Source: Phormidesmis sp.
GTDB lineage: Bacteria; Cyanobacteriota; Cyanobacteriia; Leptolyngbyales; Leptolyngbyaceae
Length of the DNA stretch: 64,000 bases
Direction: 5' to 3'
Assembly (NCBI GenBank): GCA_965248535.1
Contig: CBDFJR010000002.1
Span: forward strand, 1,824,001 to 1,888,000
The notes beneath the pieces are model-generated. The model saw only the letters and a list, made by a program, of their open reading frames with translations, did not search any database and was not told where the DNA came from. Below, in pieces: positions 19,534-29,028 of the stretch; positions within the stretch are counted from its first letter, which is position 1, and each line of letters begins with the position of its first letter. The translations under genes and the position numbers were made by a program.

Positions 19534-20496
19534 CTATCGATAGGCCTGCATGGGTTCTTTGATAAACCGAATGTAGAGATGCTTAAAAGTGGACTTTAAA
19601 ACACGAGGCGCACCAAAGTCGATCGGCATCATTTTCTCAGGCAGTTGCCAATCGTCTAGGCGCAGATCTTCGGGGCGAGAGTGCACGAAGGTGATCTGAC
19701 TCAAATCGGGACATAAGCCCAAACGCTGAGAGGCGACGATCGTGGGCACGATCGCGGGGTCTACCTGGAGAATTTCAACCAAGGCACGATCGAGAGCAAA
19801 GACATTATTGGATGCGCCTAAGATGCCGATCGCTCTCGGTTCGCCACCGCTGGGGCCATTGCCTTCATGCCCAATGATGCCGTCGAGAATGGTTAAATCG
19901 GGATTGATGGCGCGGGCAGTTTCGACGAGCATTGCCCCAAAGCGCTCTTGATCTTTTCCGGCTTCCATGTGCCACCAGGCTTTCATCTTGCCCGGAACGC
20001 AGCCAAACAGGTTTTTAACGCCCATCGTCAAGGTCAACTGCATATGAGATTTGACTTTGGGCAGATTGATCACGACATCGGCTTCCATGGCTTCTTTGGA
20101 TAGCAGCAGATGGTTAAAATCTTCGCTGACCACTTCGTAGCGTTTGCCTTTAAATTCAACGATCGGGACATCCAATTCTTCTAGCAGAGGCAAATAGCCA
20201 TTGGCTTTAGCAACGCCTCTGGCACTTCCAAAGGCTGGGCCGTCTCCTAAAAAGGGCAGTCCTCCGACTTCTTGAACCAGTTTTGCAACTTCATAAACCA
20301 GTTCTGGACGGGTGACGCATTCTTTAGTGGGGCGCGCACCTGTGAGCAGATTGGGCTTGAGCAAGACGCGATCGCCGGGTTTGACAAAAGCAGACATTCC
20401 ACCCAGTGGGGCTAATAACGTCTTGATCGAGGCACGAAGTTGGGCCCGATCGTAAGACGTTGCTCGAATCAAGCTCACAGAATTTGGACTTTGCAT
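19534..20496 (-). CDS. DUF362 domain protein
   Basis: VKPGDRVLLKPNLL, INLPKVKSH...TMGVKNLFGC, EGNGPSGG. Confidence 0.85.
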   Translation of the reverse strand: MQSPNSVSLIRATSYDRAQLRASIKTLLAPLGGMSAFVKPGDRVLLKPNLLTGARPTKECVTRPELVYEVAKLVQEVGGLPFLGDGPAFGSARGVAKANGYLPLLEELDVPIVEFKGKRYEVVSEDFNHLLLSKEAMEADVVINLPKVKSHMQLTLTMGVKNLFGCVPGKMKAWWHMEAGKDQERFGAMLVETARAINPDLTILDGIIGHEGNGPSGGEPRAIGILGASNNVFALDRALVEILQVDPAIVPTIVASQRLGLCPDLSQITFVHSRPEDLRLDDWQLPEKMMPIDFGAPRVLKSTFKHLYIRFIKEPMQAYR

Positions 20497-20646
20497 AACT
20501 TTAAACAGTAGTGAAGATTAACTACAGAGTGCCTCAACCCAAATCATAAGAGCAATCAAACCAATCAAACCCTAAATCCCTGCGGGAGCACAGCACCGTC
20601 ACGCCTGCTGATCTTGCCGACTCCCACCATGATTGAGTTGATTATT

Positions 20647-21798
20647 CTACGCCACCATAGGTTGACAGATTTCACCTTGCAGGGCTAACTCTTGCGTCTG
20701 CATGGTTTGAATCGACTCCATCACAATGCGTTGGGTGTCCCAGCCTTGTTGATGCTGCTTGAGCCAGCGCTGAGCTTCGTTGCCTTCGCGTAAGATCTTC
20801 TTGACTGGGAGCAAAAAGCAGCTAAAGCCGTGTTTTTTAGCGATCGGGTACACCTCTTCATAAAGCTGCTCAACCCAATCGCGGGCCAGAATGGGTTTGC
20901 CCGATCGCCAATCGATTAATTCAGCATCCAAGCTGGCATGGGCGGCGGCGGCTTCGTTGGCATCGGCGATCGCTACTAAGTCTTCTGCTCGCGTGGTGGC
21001 TGAAAGTTGACTGATCTCTAGCGGGTCAAGCTGCGGATCTTCGATCAGTTGATGCAGTCGGGCTTCTAGCAAAGCGGTAATGGCTAACAGCGCGATCGGA
21101 TCAGAGACTAAATCACAAATTCTTAACTCTAGGCGATTGAGATTATAAGGACGGCGATCGCCATTGGGACGCACCGACGACCAGAGATGACGCACGTTCT
21201 GCATCGTTCTAGCGGCTAATTGATCTTCTGTCCATTTAATGAAGTGAGCGTGACTTTCAAACAGGGGCACATGACTCGGCGTTTTGGGAAAGACAGCCCA
21301 ACGGCTAGAGTGAGAACCAGTCACTTCACCATTTAGAAACGGAGACGCAGCACTCAGCGCCAGATAGAGAGGTGCCTCAACGCGCACCAATCGACAAGCC
21401 CGCATCAACAACTCAGGGTCACTAATGCCGACATTGATGTGAACGCTTGCGGTTACAACTTTAGTGCCGTAAGTTTGTTCAATATAGTCGTGATAAGGGT
21501 TTCCAGGATCGGAGCGATGAAACTCATTAGCCCCAGATAATGCCAATGTGCTGCCGGGGATTAAGGTGTAGTCGCCTAACTGTTTTAGATAGGTTCGCAA
21601 TTGACTACGGGGACGCAGCAAGTCACACAGCGATCGTTCATAGCGATAGCTAGGCGCAGTCGTGTATTCAACATTGCGGGTGTCGGGTTCTCGCACAAAA
21701 CCATCTAATGCCGCCACAATTTTGTCTGACATCCCCACGACTTCGCCCGATGGCGTTCCGGTATAGACCTCGATTTCAAACCCTTTTGATAGCAGCAT
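20647..21798 (-). CDS. gshA: Glutamate-cysteine ligase, cyanobacterial type
   Basis: LLSKGFEIEVYTG, REPDTRNVEY, VVTASVHIN, RHLWSSVRPNG, NRLELRICD. Confidence 0.88.
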   Translation of the reverse strand: MLLSKGFEIEVYTGTPSGEVVGMSDKIVAALDGFVREPDTRNVEYTTAPSYRYERSLCDLLRPRSQLRTYLKQLGDYTLIPGSTLALSGANEFHRSDPGNPYHDYIEQTYGTKVVTASVHINVGISDPELLMRACRLVRVEAPLYLALSAASPFLNGEVTGSHSSRWAVFPKTPSHVPLFESHAHFIKWTEDQLAARTMQNVRHLWSSVRPNGDRRPYNLNRLELRICDLVSDPIALLAITALLEARLHQLIEDPQLDPLEISQLSATTRAEDLVAIADANEAAAAHASLDAELIDWRSGKPILARDWVEQLYEEVYPIAKKHGFSCFLLPVKKILREGNEAQRWLKQHQQGWDTQRIVMESIQTMQTQELALQGEICQPMVA

Positions 21799-21958
21799 CT
21801 CGCCTCCGCAAGTTGAGCGATTCCATCTCTTCAGTATCACGGAAAAAGCGACGACTGCGAACTATCCAAAGAAAGGCTGTCCTCCCAAGGGGGATCGATC
21901 ACAAAACCTCAGAGATGGCATACTCTTCTAAGCCAGAGCGTGGTAGGGAGATGAAACT

Positions 21959-23047
21959 GTGGGATTGGGTAAATGGGTTGGGTTTTTAGGGTTAGCGATC
22001 GCGCTCTATATCTTGTGGGAGATTCGCGAGGTGTTGCTGTTGGTGTTTGCGGCCAGTCGTGTTTGCAACGGCACTCAATAGTCTGGTGCGGCGACTTCAG
22101 CGATCGGGGTTCAAGCGTGGAGGTGCGGTTGCCCTCTCGATCGTGACGTTCATAATCCTGTTAGTGGGCTTTATTGGGCTGATTGTGCCGCCGTTTATCG
22201 CTCAATTTCAGCAGTTAGTCCAACTCGTGCCGAAAGGACTCGACAACCTTCAGAATCGGTTTCAAGATATGCAGAATATGATTCCTGGCTACTCTCAATA
22301 TGTGCCGGGAGTGGATGATTTAATTCGGCAGATTCAGCCGTTAGCAACTCGCGTTGCCGGAAACTTTTTTGCCTGGTTTTCAAATGCGCTGGCGATCGTT
22401 ATTAACTTACTGCTAGTTGTGATCTTGACGGTGATGTTTTTGATCAATCCTCAACCCTATCGTCGAGGCTTGTTTTACTATTTCCCTCGTTTTATCGTCG
22501 GCGGGCTGACCAAATTTTCTCGCTGTGTGAGATTGCGCTGGTTAATTGGATCGGCGGCATCTTGATCAATATGGTGGTGATCGGCACGGTGAGCGGCATT
22601 GGCTTGCTAGTTTTGCGGGTGCCTTTGGTGTTAGCCAATGCGCTGTTGGCGGGGTTGTTAGAAGCGATTCCTAATGTCGGCCCAACGTTAAGTGTGATTC
22701 CACCTGTGGCGATCGCGCTGATCGAAGACCCGTGGAAGGCGGGGGCTGTGGTGGTTTTATACATTGTGATTCAGCAGCTTGAGCAATATTTGCTGGTGCC
22801 GTTTGTGATGTCAAAGCAGCTATCGATGCTGCCTGCGGTGACGTTGTTATCTCAAGTGGTCTTTGCCATCTTTTTTGGATTTTTAGGCCTGTTTCTAGCC
22901 ATTCCTTTAGTGATCGTGGGTCAGATTTGGCTGCAAGAAGTGTTGATCAAAGATGTGCTTGACCACTGGCATGAGAGTGAGAAGGTTGTAGCTGACCCAG
23001 CGATCGCTGATGACGGGTCGAGTGACGATTCAGAACCACTTTTCTGA
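21959..23047 (+). pseudogene. AI-2E (PerM) family transporter with two frameshifts
   Basis: GLGKWVGFLGLAIALYILWEIREVLLLVFAA / VVFATALN... / ...AIPNVGPTLS; +1 near 22054 and -1 near 22470. Confidence 0.75.
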
Positions 23048-23093
23048 GAAGTTGGGGATCTGATTTCTTCGCGTGCGAAAAGTCATCATCTAC

Positions 23094-24173
23094 CTAATAG
23101 CCATCGATCGACCAGTGAGGCGGGTCATATTCTAGTTTATAGACCCCATAAGAAGCGCCCACATCCCATAAATCAGCGTTGTCATTGCCAGCGCGAGGTG
23201 CCCCAATGCTCACGACTCGACCAGACGCATCTTTAATATTGAGATTGCCTTGCCACTCAATGATCCAATCAATGGCAAGGGCTTGAGTGTGCCGCGATCG
23301 TAGCGCCGCCGGATTTGAGCCAATGTCATAGGCATCAATCATCTGCTGCGCCGCCTGAATCGAAATCGCACTGGTGTATTGCACCCAATCAATATCCACC
23401 CCCGGCATCGAGGGCACATCTTCGGGCGCAATATCGCGATTGTTGATCGAGACACAATAGTGCATTAGATAAGCTCGTTCGGGTGGACGAAAGGTGGCTG
23501 TAACCTCGATCGTGGCTCCGGCATCTTTGAGGGCCTTTTGAAATGCTTGCACCCGTTGTCGAAATGGAGAAGCCAAATCATCGATCGACTTGCTGCCGGG
23601 AAAAAATCTCACCCACTGAGCACCGCTCAACCGTCCGCGCAGCCTGCGGGCATACTCTGTGAGAATTGTTAAGGCGGCCGCTAAATCCGTCCCTAGTTTT
23701 TGTTTGGTCGCCGCCGATAGCTGTTGCTCAAGCCGACCCTTAAAGGCCACATCAACCACCTTATAGGCTTCAGCCAATCCTCTAGTGCTGCCCAGGGCAA
23801 AGTTTCCGTCTCCCACCAGAGGAGGATTGAGCCGCCCGATCGCCGTCAAGCTGCGCTGCAAATCTCCCACTTCAGAAACGCCAAAATTGAGATAACTCAG
23901 CAACATGGCGGCGGTCAAACCCGCGACTCGATAGACAAACCCTTGAGCTAGGGCTTTGGTGTAGGTGCCCGTGCCGATAATGCCATCCACCGTCAAACCA
24001 TTCTTTTGCTGAAAGTCGCGAGTTGCCTTGTCTGTGACCGAGCCAAAGCCATTGTCAACGGCTCCGATCGGATAGTTTAAGTCTACTAAAAAGCGCTGCC
24101 AGGCTCCGACGGCCGACCCTGTTGAGCCTTGTCTTAAAACAGGTAGATTTAAAGCGCTGATTTTAAAAGCCAT
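23094..24173 (-). CDS. Peptidoglycan-binding protein with C-terminal M15-like Zn-peptidase domain
   Basis: LRQGSTGSAV..WQ, FQQKNGLTVDGIIG; C-terminal SRHTQALAID and DPPHWS. Confidence 0.7.
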   Translation of the reverse strand: MAFKISALNLPVLRQGSTGSAVGAWQRFLVDLNYPIGAVDNGFGSVTDKATRDFQQKNGLTVDGIIGTGTYTKALAQGFVYRVAGLTAAMLLSYLNFGVSEVGDLQRSLTAIGRLNPPLVGDGNFALGSTRGLAEAYKVVDVAFKGRLEQQLSAATKQKLGTDLAAALTILTEYARRLRGRLSGAQWVRFFPGSKSIDDLASPFRQRVQAFQKALKDAGATIEVTATFRPPERAYLMHYCVSINNRDIAPEDVPSMPGVDIDWVQYTSAISIQAAQQMIDAYDIGSNPAALRSRHTQALAIDWIIEWQGNLNIKDASGRVVSIGAPRAGNDNADLWDVGASYGVYKLEYDPPHWSIDGY

Positions 24174-24290
24174 GACGATCGCTCCCCAACCTTGAGACAA
24201 AAAAATGAGTCATCGGTGATTTGGCTTTTAAGTATCGCCCGATCGCCCATCACTCATTCTCTTTTACTGAAAAGGTTCAGATTTGGATCG

Positions 24291-24932
24291 CTAATAATCT
24301 TCAGCCGGAGACTTCATTTTAGATTTCGCTTTAGCTGCACTCTTCTTAAGCGCAGTCAAACGCGACTCATATTTGCCTCTCAGCCGTTTTTTAGGAGTTT
24401 GATCGATCAGCGTTTTCAAGGCGCTGCCTAAACTTTTATAGGCATTGGGCAAGGTGTAGCCAAAGCGCGTTGCTAGAGAGATCGCTTTTTCGTCGGCTTC
24501 AGTTGCTTCTTTGAGACTGCGTTCACTATTATTCTTCTGGTAGAGACGAAACCCAGCCACCCCTGAAAGACCCAACGCCAACACTAACAGCAAGCCATCT
24601 TGCACCCACAGTTCACCCACTGCGCCGCCTAGCCCGATCGCTAACGCTGCCATCTCCCACCCATCTTTGGGGATTGTATCGGCCTGAATGCGAGCCACTT
24701 CATGCCAAAACAGCAAATTGCGCTGGTCGATCGCTAACTGATCCCACTTCGGCATATCGAGTTGAATCTCGACCTCATCGCGGCCGATCTCTTCACTCGT
24801 GATCAAACTCGGATTGACCGCAGTCGTCACCTCGATCGTCACCCAGCTTTGCAGTTCTGGAGGCAGCAGGGTTTTTAAGCGTCGCAGTTCGCCCATGTCG
24901 GCTCTGGCAGTCGAAGTAGCATACGATGTCAT
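24291..24932 (-). CDS. DUF3318 family protein
   Basis: ELRRLKTLLPPELQSWV, QRNLLFWHEVARIQ, GWEMAALAIGLGG. Confidence 0.8.
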   Translation of the reverse strand: MTSYATSTARADMGELRRLKTLLPPELQSWVTIEVTTAVNPSLITSEEIGRDEVEIQLDMPKWDQLAIDQRNLLFWHEVARIQADTIPKDGWEMAALAIGLGGAVGELWVQDGLLLVLALGLSGVAGFRLYQKNNSERSLKEATEADEKAISLATRFGYTLPNAYKSLGSALKTLIDQTPKKRLRGKYESRLTALKKSAAKAKSKMKSPAEDY

Positions 24933-25130
24933 GACTTCAGCCTCGAAGTTAAAGAAATTAAAATATAAACCTCTGCTTTGATGATAGCGATTCTGCCGAT
25001 CACTGAAGTGAGGTGCATCCATTGTGCCGGATCACCAGCAGATTCAGCAATAATCTTGCGAAATAGTCTTCAGACCAAAATGAGCGACTATCAAACGACA
25101 ATCGCTCAAGGGGTGAGCTAGACAGATTTT

Positions 25131-25310
25131 TTAATCAGCGAGTTCGATCGTGGGGGCAGGCTCAACCGTTGAGGGGCTGCTCGTTGTATAACAGGCAATC
25201 ACCCAAAGGGGTAAGACCAACGTGAGTAGAGCAATGACTGTGCCAATGATGTTTGCCGCAGTGTGGGCAGATTGCCCCGCAGGGCTGGTAGAGTGGCTAC
25301 CGGATTGCAT
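25131..25310 (-). CDS. Small single-pass membrane protein (59 aa, not in the ORF track)
   Basis: MQSGSHSTSPAGQSAHTAANIIGTVIALLTLVLPLWVIACYTTSSPSTVEPAPTIELAD; co-oriented with its neighbours. Confidence 0.65.
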   Translation of the reverse strand: MQSGSHSTSPAGQSAHTAANIIGTVIALLTLVLPLWVIACYTTSSPSTVEPAPTIELAD

Positions 25311-25504
25311 AATTTATTCAAACAAACTCAACAAAATTAACCACAAAAGAGAACACTTCTTTGTTAGTTAACCCAAACGGAGGAAGAAAATTCTATCGCC
25401 CTCTCCTACCAATCTTAGCGATCGCTGCTTCGGTTTCCTGTTTTCAGCAAACAATCTATCAAAGGGTAGATCTCTAGTGTAACCAAGTTTAACGAAATGC
25501 GGCT

Positions 25505-25864
25505 TTAGTCGCGGGATTTAAGGGTCTGGTGAATGCCCCGTAGCTCAGTCAAGATCGCCTGCAAAAGCTCTTGTGTGGCATTGGGCTGAAGTTCTTGAAT
25601 CTCGATTGTGACGTGTTTAATTTTCAAAACGTCTCTCGCAAATCGGGCCACCTCGTTGGGGTGAAATAGCAGCACCTCAGCAGGACTAGAGCGCATTTCA
25701 GGGTTTAACCGCTTGGGATCATAGGCGAGATTAATCGAGTGGGGATCGGTGTTGGCATAGCGATAAACCGACGCTCTAGAGCGATTGAGCGTCTTCTGCA
25801 CTGCTTCAATATCCATCAACTCAAGAGAGGTCAGGGCCCCAACGTGAGAATCAACAACAGTCAT
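25505..25864 (-). CDS. Conserved cyanobacterial HTH-like protein
   Basis: VQKTLNRSRASVYRYANTD...LLFHPNEVARFARDVL. Confidence 0.75.
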   Translation of the reverse strand: MTVVDSHVGALTSLELMDIEAVQKTLNRSRASVYRYANTDPHSINLAYDPKRLNPEMRSSPAEVLLFHPNEVARFARDVLKIKHVTIEIQELQPNATQELLQAILTELRGIHQTLKSRD

Positions 25865-25944
25865 GGGAAGAATTTCTTGTAATTAGACGCGCAAATCTTA
25901 TCATAAGACTACTGGTGAAACGTCAGTTCGATCGCGTCAGTCCT

Positions 25945-25976
25945 AGATCTCCGACTTCTCAAGAAGTCGGAGATCT
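25945..25976. repeat. Palindromic repeat (family B)
   Basis: AGATCTCCGACTTCT-CA-AGAAGTCGGAGATCT, perfect 15-bp arms; half copy at 23047-23062. Confidence 0.7.
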
Positions 25977-26003
25977 GAAGAGAAATTGTAAATCTGAAAA
26001 AAT

Positions 26004-26765
26004 CTAGTTGTTCATTGGGTTTAACCAACGGACGATCGTGGTTTCTAACTCTTGCAGTTCGCGATAGATCTCTTGGCGCATCCACTGCCCGATCGCATCA
26101 AACGGCGAAAATGAAGTGCCTGTCTGCCATTTCAAATCTTGCCCGATCGGGGTGGTGTGAGAGCCTTTGAGAATTTGAGAAGTCACCATACCCGGAAAGC
26201 GTTTCTTTAAAAGCTCTGACAGGGTATAGGTTTGATCGATCGAGTCATTGTCAAACTTGACCAATAGATTGCGCCGAATCTGATAGCGATCGCCAATCAT
26301 TTTGTTCATCTCTAACGGCGACGGCGTAAACTCCACCGAAAACACAGGCGAAAATTGCTCCACCAAAGGCACTGCATCTCGCGCTGAAAAGTTATTAAAT
26401 GAGATCAAAATATTTCCAGACCGCTCGACTTTAAACAGACTGCCAATTAACAGATGCAGTTTGCAGCCCATGCTGTGACCGATGCCATAGATAGGAATGT
26501 AGCGTTTTTTAATCAGGCGAGTTTGCAGAATTTCTAAAGCCCGATCGAAGCTTCTTAAAACCGACTCTGCAATCTCAATGTGATCAAAAGTGTTGACAAA
26601 CGGAGTCGCCACGATCGCATATCCCTGCCCAGCCAAGAATTCTAATAATCGCCGATAGGTAAGGTGAGGCGCAGTTGCCACAAACGCTCCGCCTAAAAAA
26701 TGCACGATCGCAATGGGTCGATCGGGCACCAAAACCCAGTTGCCAGAAATTTCTTGCCAGTCCAT
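26004..26765 (-). CDS. DUF1350 family alpha/beta-hydrolase-like protein
   Basis: IVHFLGGAFVATAP, GIGHSMGCKLH, NILISFNN. Confidence 0.85.
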   Translation of the reverse strand: MDWQEISGNWVLVPDRPIAIVHFLGGAFVATAPHLTYRRLLEFLAGQGYAIVATPFVNTFDHIEIAESVLRSFDRALEILQTRLIKKRYIPIYGIGHSMGCKLHLLIGSLFKVERSGNILISFNNFSARDAVPLVEQFSPVFSVEFTPSPLEMNKMIGDRYQIRRNLLVKFDNDSIDQTYTLSELLKKRFPGMVTSQILKGSHTTPIGQDLKWQTGTSFSPFDAIGQWMRQEIYRELQELETTIVRWLNPMNN

Positions 26766-26950
26766 TCAGTCTTTGTGCTCAGAGTGCTTCCGATTTCTAT
26801 TGTGTCGTATTGGCTCACGTCTGCGCTTTTAAGGTATTTTTCTGAAAGTAGCGGTCATCGTAACCCGTTTGGTACGGTTCTACCCTCACTGATTTGGCCG
26901 AAATGCAGATAGGCTCTTATCAGATAGCGGTTAAGTGTGTCTCGGTTAGT

Positions 26951-28519
26951 ATGCACCATTGGATTTTGCCAACCTTAAGTGAGATTTTGACTCTCAGCAA
27001 TCAGCCCCAAGCGATCGCCGATCAAAGCGCTTGGAACTGTGAACCCGCGACTGAAGCAAGTCGGCACTCTACCCATGCCACGATCGCTCACCAGCGAGTC
27101 AGAGCAGAGCGAGAATGGTTTGGCGCGATCGCCGCTCTAGAATCTCTGCTGAAGCAAATCAAGCCGTCAAATTCTGCTGAATCCGTGCAGGGGTTAATTT
27201 TGTCGGGCCCGTTGCCTGTCATTAGCCAAACGGATCTAATGGCTCAGTTTGCCAGTTGGACGTTTACGGCCGATCCGACGGCGACTCTCATGGGCTTGCC
27301 CTTTCGCCTGTCGCCCGCGATTGATCAACCCACTTCGACCTGTGAAACTAACCCGTCACTGTCGCTGCTGCCCGGCGATCCCCTCGCGACTGAGCAATTT
27401 TCGATGGTGCTGACAGAGCAGTTTAGCCTAGTGATGGTGTTGGGCGAAAATCCTGACGGAGAACCGACCTTTTTGTTTACATTTGACCCCGAAGTGGTCG
27501 ATCGGGTTTGGCAAGTTTTGCGCCTGCGAGTGGTGCTGATGAATGCGTCGCAGATGGGCAGGCTAGACGCTTTGATGCAGCAGTTTCCTGCGATCGCGCC
27601 TCACTATAAATTAGTCACCCAGTTTAGTCACCTGCTGCTGTCTCATCTCGCCCCAGACGCAAAACCCACGCTTTTGAGCGAAGAGAACATCGAAGCCGCC
27701 CTGCACCGAACTCGCCAGAAAGCGGCGACTCATAAAGTTGGCAATAACCAAAAAAACAGCCATCCCACTCCTGATGATCTGTCTCAGCGCCTCTCTGAAG
27801 GCAAAAGCATTGATGTAGAACTGCTGCAAGCGATCGCCCACGAGGTTCGCACACCTCTCAGCACAATTCGCACGTTGACCCGATCGCTGCTCAAGCGTCG
27901 AGACCTGCCGCCCGATGTGCTGAAGCGGCTAGAAATGATCGATCGGGCGTGCAGTGAGCAAATCGATCGCTTTGGGCTGATCTTTCGGGCGGTTGAGTTA
28001 GAGACTTCTGCCACCAGTTTTGCGCTTTCGTCTCTCGCGCCGACTTCTCTAGCCGAGGTTTTGCAAGAAAGCATTCCTCGCTGGCAAAAGCAGGCCAGTC
28101 AGCGCAACCTGACCCTAGAGGTGAGCCTGCCTCGACAAATGCCAACGGTGGTCAGCGATCCGACGATGTTAGATCAAGCGTTGACGAGCTTAATTGATCG
28201 CTCGGCCCGCAGTTTGCCGTCGGGTAGCCATATTCAAGTCGAGGTGACCCTAGCCGGAAACCAACTCAAACTCCAGCTTGAGTCATCAGAGTCGGGGGCA
28301 GCGATCGAGTCACAGCCTCATCAACCTTTGCTCAAATCGCTGGGTCAAGTTCTCATGTTTCAACCCGAAACAGGGAGCTTGAGTCTCAATCTCAATGTGA
28401 CCAAAAACCTGTTTCAGGCCCTAGGCGGCAAGCTGATTGTGCGGCACCGCCCAGAGCGAGGCGAGGTGTTTACGCTCTTTTTGCCCTTAGAACCCGGTCG
28501 ATCTCAATCCCCTAATTAA
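26951..28519 (+). CDS. hik2: Sensor histidine kinase, Hik2/CSK-like
   Basis: AHEVRTPLSTIRTLTRSLL H-box; degenerate ATPase LMFQPETGSLSLNL..TK.LFQALGG. Confidence 0.75.
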   Translation: MHHWILPTLSEILTLSNQPQAIADQSAWNCEPATEASRHSTHATIAHQRVRAEREWFGAIAALESLLKQIKPSNSAESVQGLILSGPLPVISQTDLMAQFASWTFTADPTATLMGLPFRLSPAIDQPTSTCETNPSLSLLPGDPLATEQFSMVLTEQFSLVMVLGENPDGEPTFLFTFDPEVVDRVWQVLRLRVVLMNASQMGRLDALMQQFPAIAPHYKLVTQFSHLLLSHLAPDAKPTLLSEENIEAALHRTRQKAATHKVGNNQKNSHPTPDDLSQRLSEGKSIDVELLQAIAHEVRTPLSTIRTLTRSLLKRRDLPPDVLKRLEMIDRACSEQIDRFGLIFRAVELETSATSFALSSLAPTSLAEVLQESIPRWQKQASQRNLTLEVSLPRQMPTVVSDPTMLDQALTSLIDRSARSLPSGSHIQVEVTLAGNQLKLQLESSESGAAIESQPHQPLLKSLGQVLMFQPETGSLSLNLNVTKNLFQALGGKLIVRHRPERGEVFTLFLPLEPGRSQSPN

Positions 28520-28669
28520 GAACTCCTGCACGAATCCGGGAACGCCCTCCAAATCCTCCATTCTGGGGGATTTAGGGGGCAACCGTCCCGGCAATGACCC
28601 ATTAGAGGACTTTATACGGGTTATTTAATCCCCGATCCTTAAAATCGGTCAGAATACCAACGCTAATTG

Positions 28670-28710
28670 AATGCCCGATCGTTGATAGATTCAGTCACGA
28701 TCGGGCATTC
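28670..28710. terminator. Stem-loop, probable terminator
   Basis: GAATGCCCGATCG...CGATCGGGCATTC 13-bp arms. Confidence 0.55.
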
Positions 28711-28752
28711 TGCTGTCTATGCTTCTAAAATAAAGGCAGAATTAGCGCCTAT

Positions 28753-28938
28753 ATGAATTCTTCTATTTTTATTCTCAAAGTTTTGCTACTCTCATTAGCG
28801 ATTTCGTTAGTGATTAAATATGCGGCTCCGTGGGTGACGATTGTGCCTACTCCCGCGATCGTTCTCACCGCCATTCTCTTTCCCAGTCTGCTGATCATGG
28901 TGCTGATGATCACTCAAGGTTTACTCAAACAATCCTGA
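28753..28938 (+). CDS. Small membrane protein
   Basis: Two hydrophobic segments (FILKVLLLSLAISLVIKY; AIVLTAILFPSLLI). Confidence 0.65.
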   Translation: MNSSIFILKVLLLSLAISLVIKYAAPWVTIVPTPAIVLTAILFPSLLIMVLMITQGLLKQS

Positions 28939-28952
28939 GCGACGATGGTTGT

Positions 28953-28977
28953 GTAAGGGCATAGCATTGCTGTGCCC
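28953..28977. repeat. REP-like palindrome (family A)
   Basis: GTAAGGGCATAGCATTGCTGTGCCC. Confidence 0.65.
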
Positions 28978-29028
28978 AGGATTATCGCAAGTGCCCGATC
29001 GACTCTAATCTACAGCCCTGATATTTCT

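Noticed and set aside
25505..25864. Resolvase or mobile-element gene
   Set aside because: Only an HTH-like segment; no serine or tyrosine recombinase catalytic motifs and no element ends
28544..28580. GCCCTCCAAATCCTCCATTCTGGGGGATTTAGGGGGC hairpin as a novel element
   Set aside because: Single copy in the window; resembles common cyanobacterial short intergenic repeats and terminators
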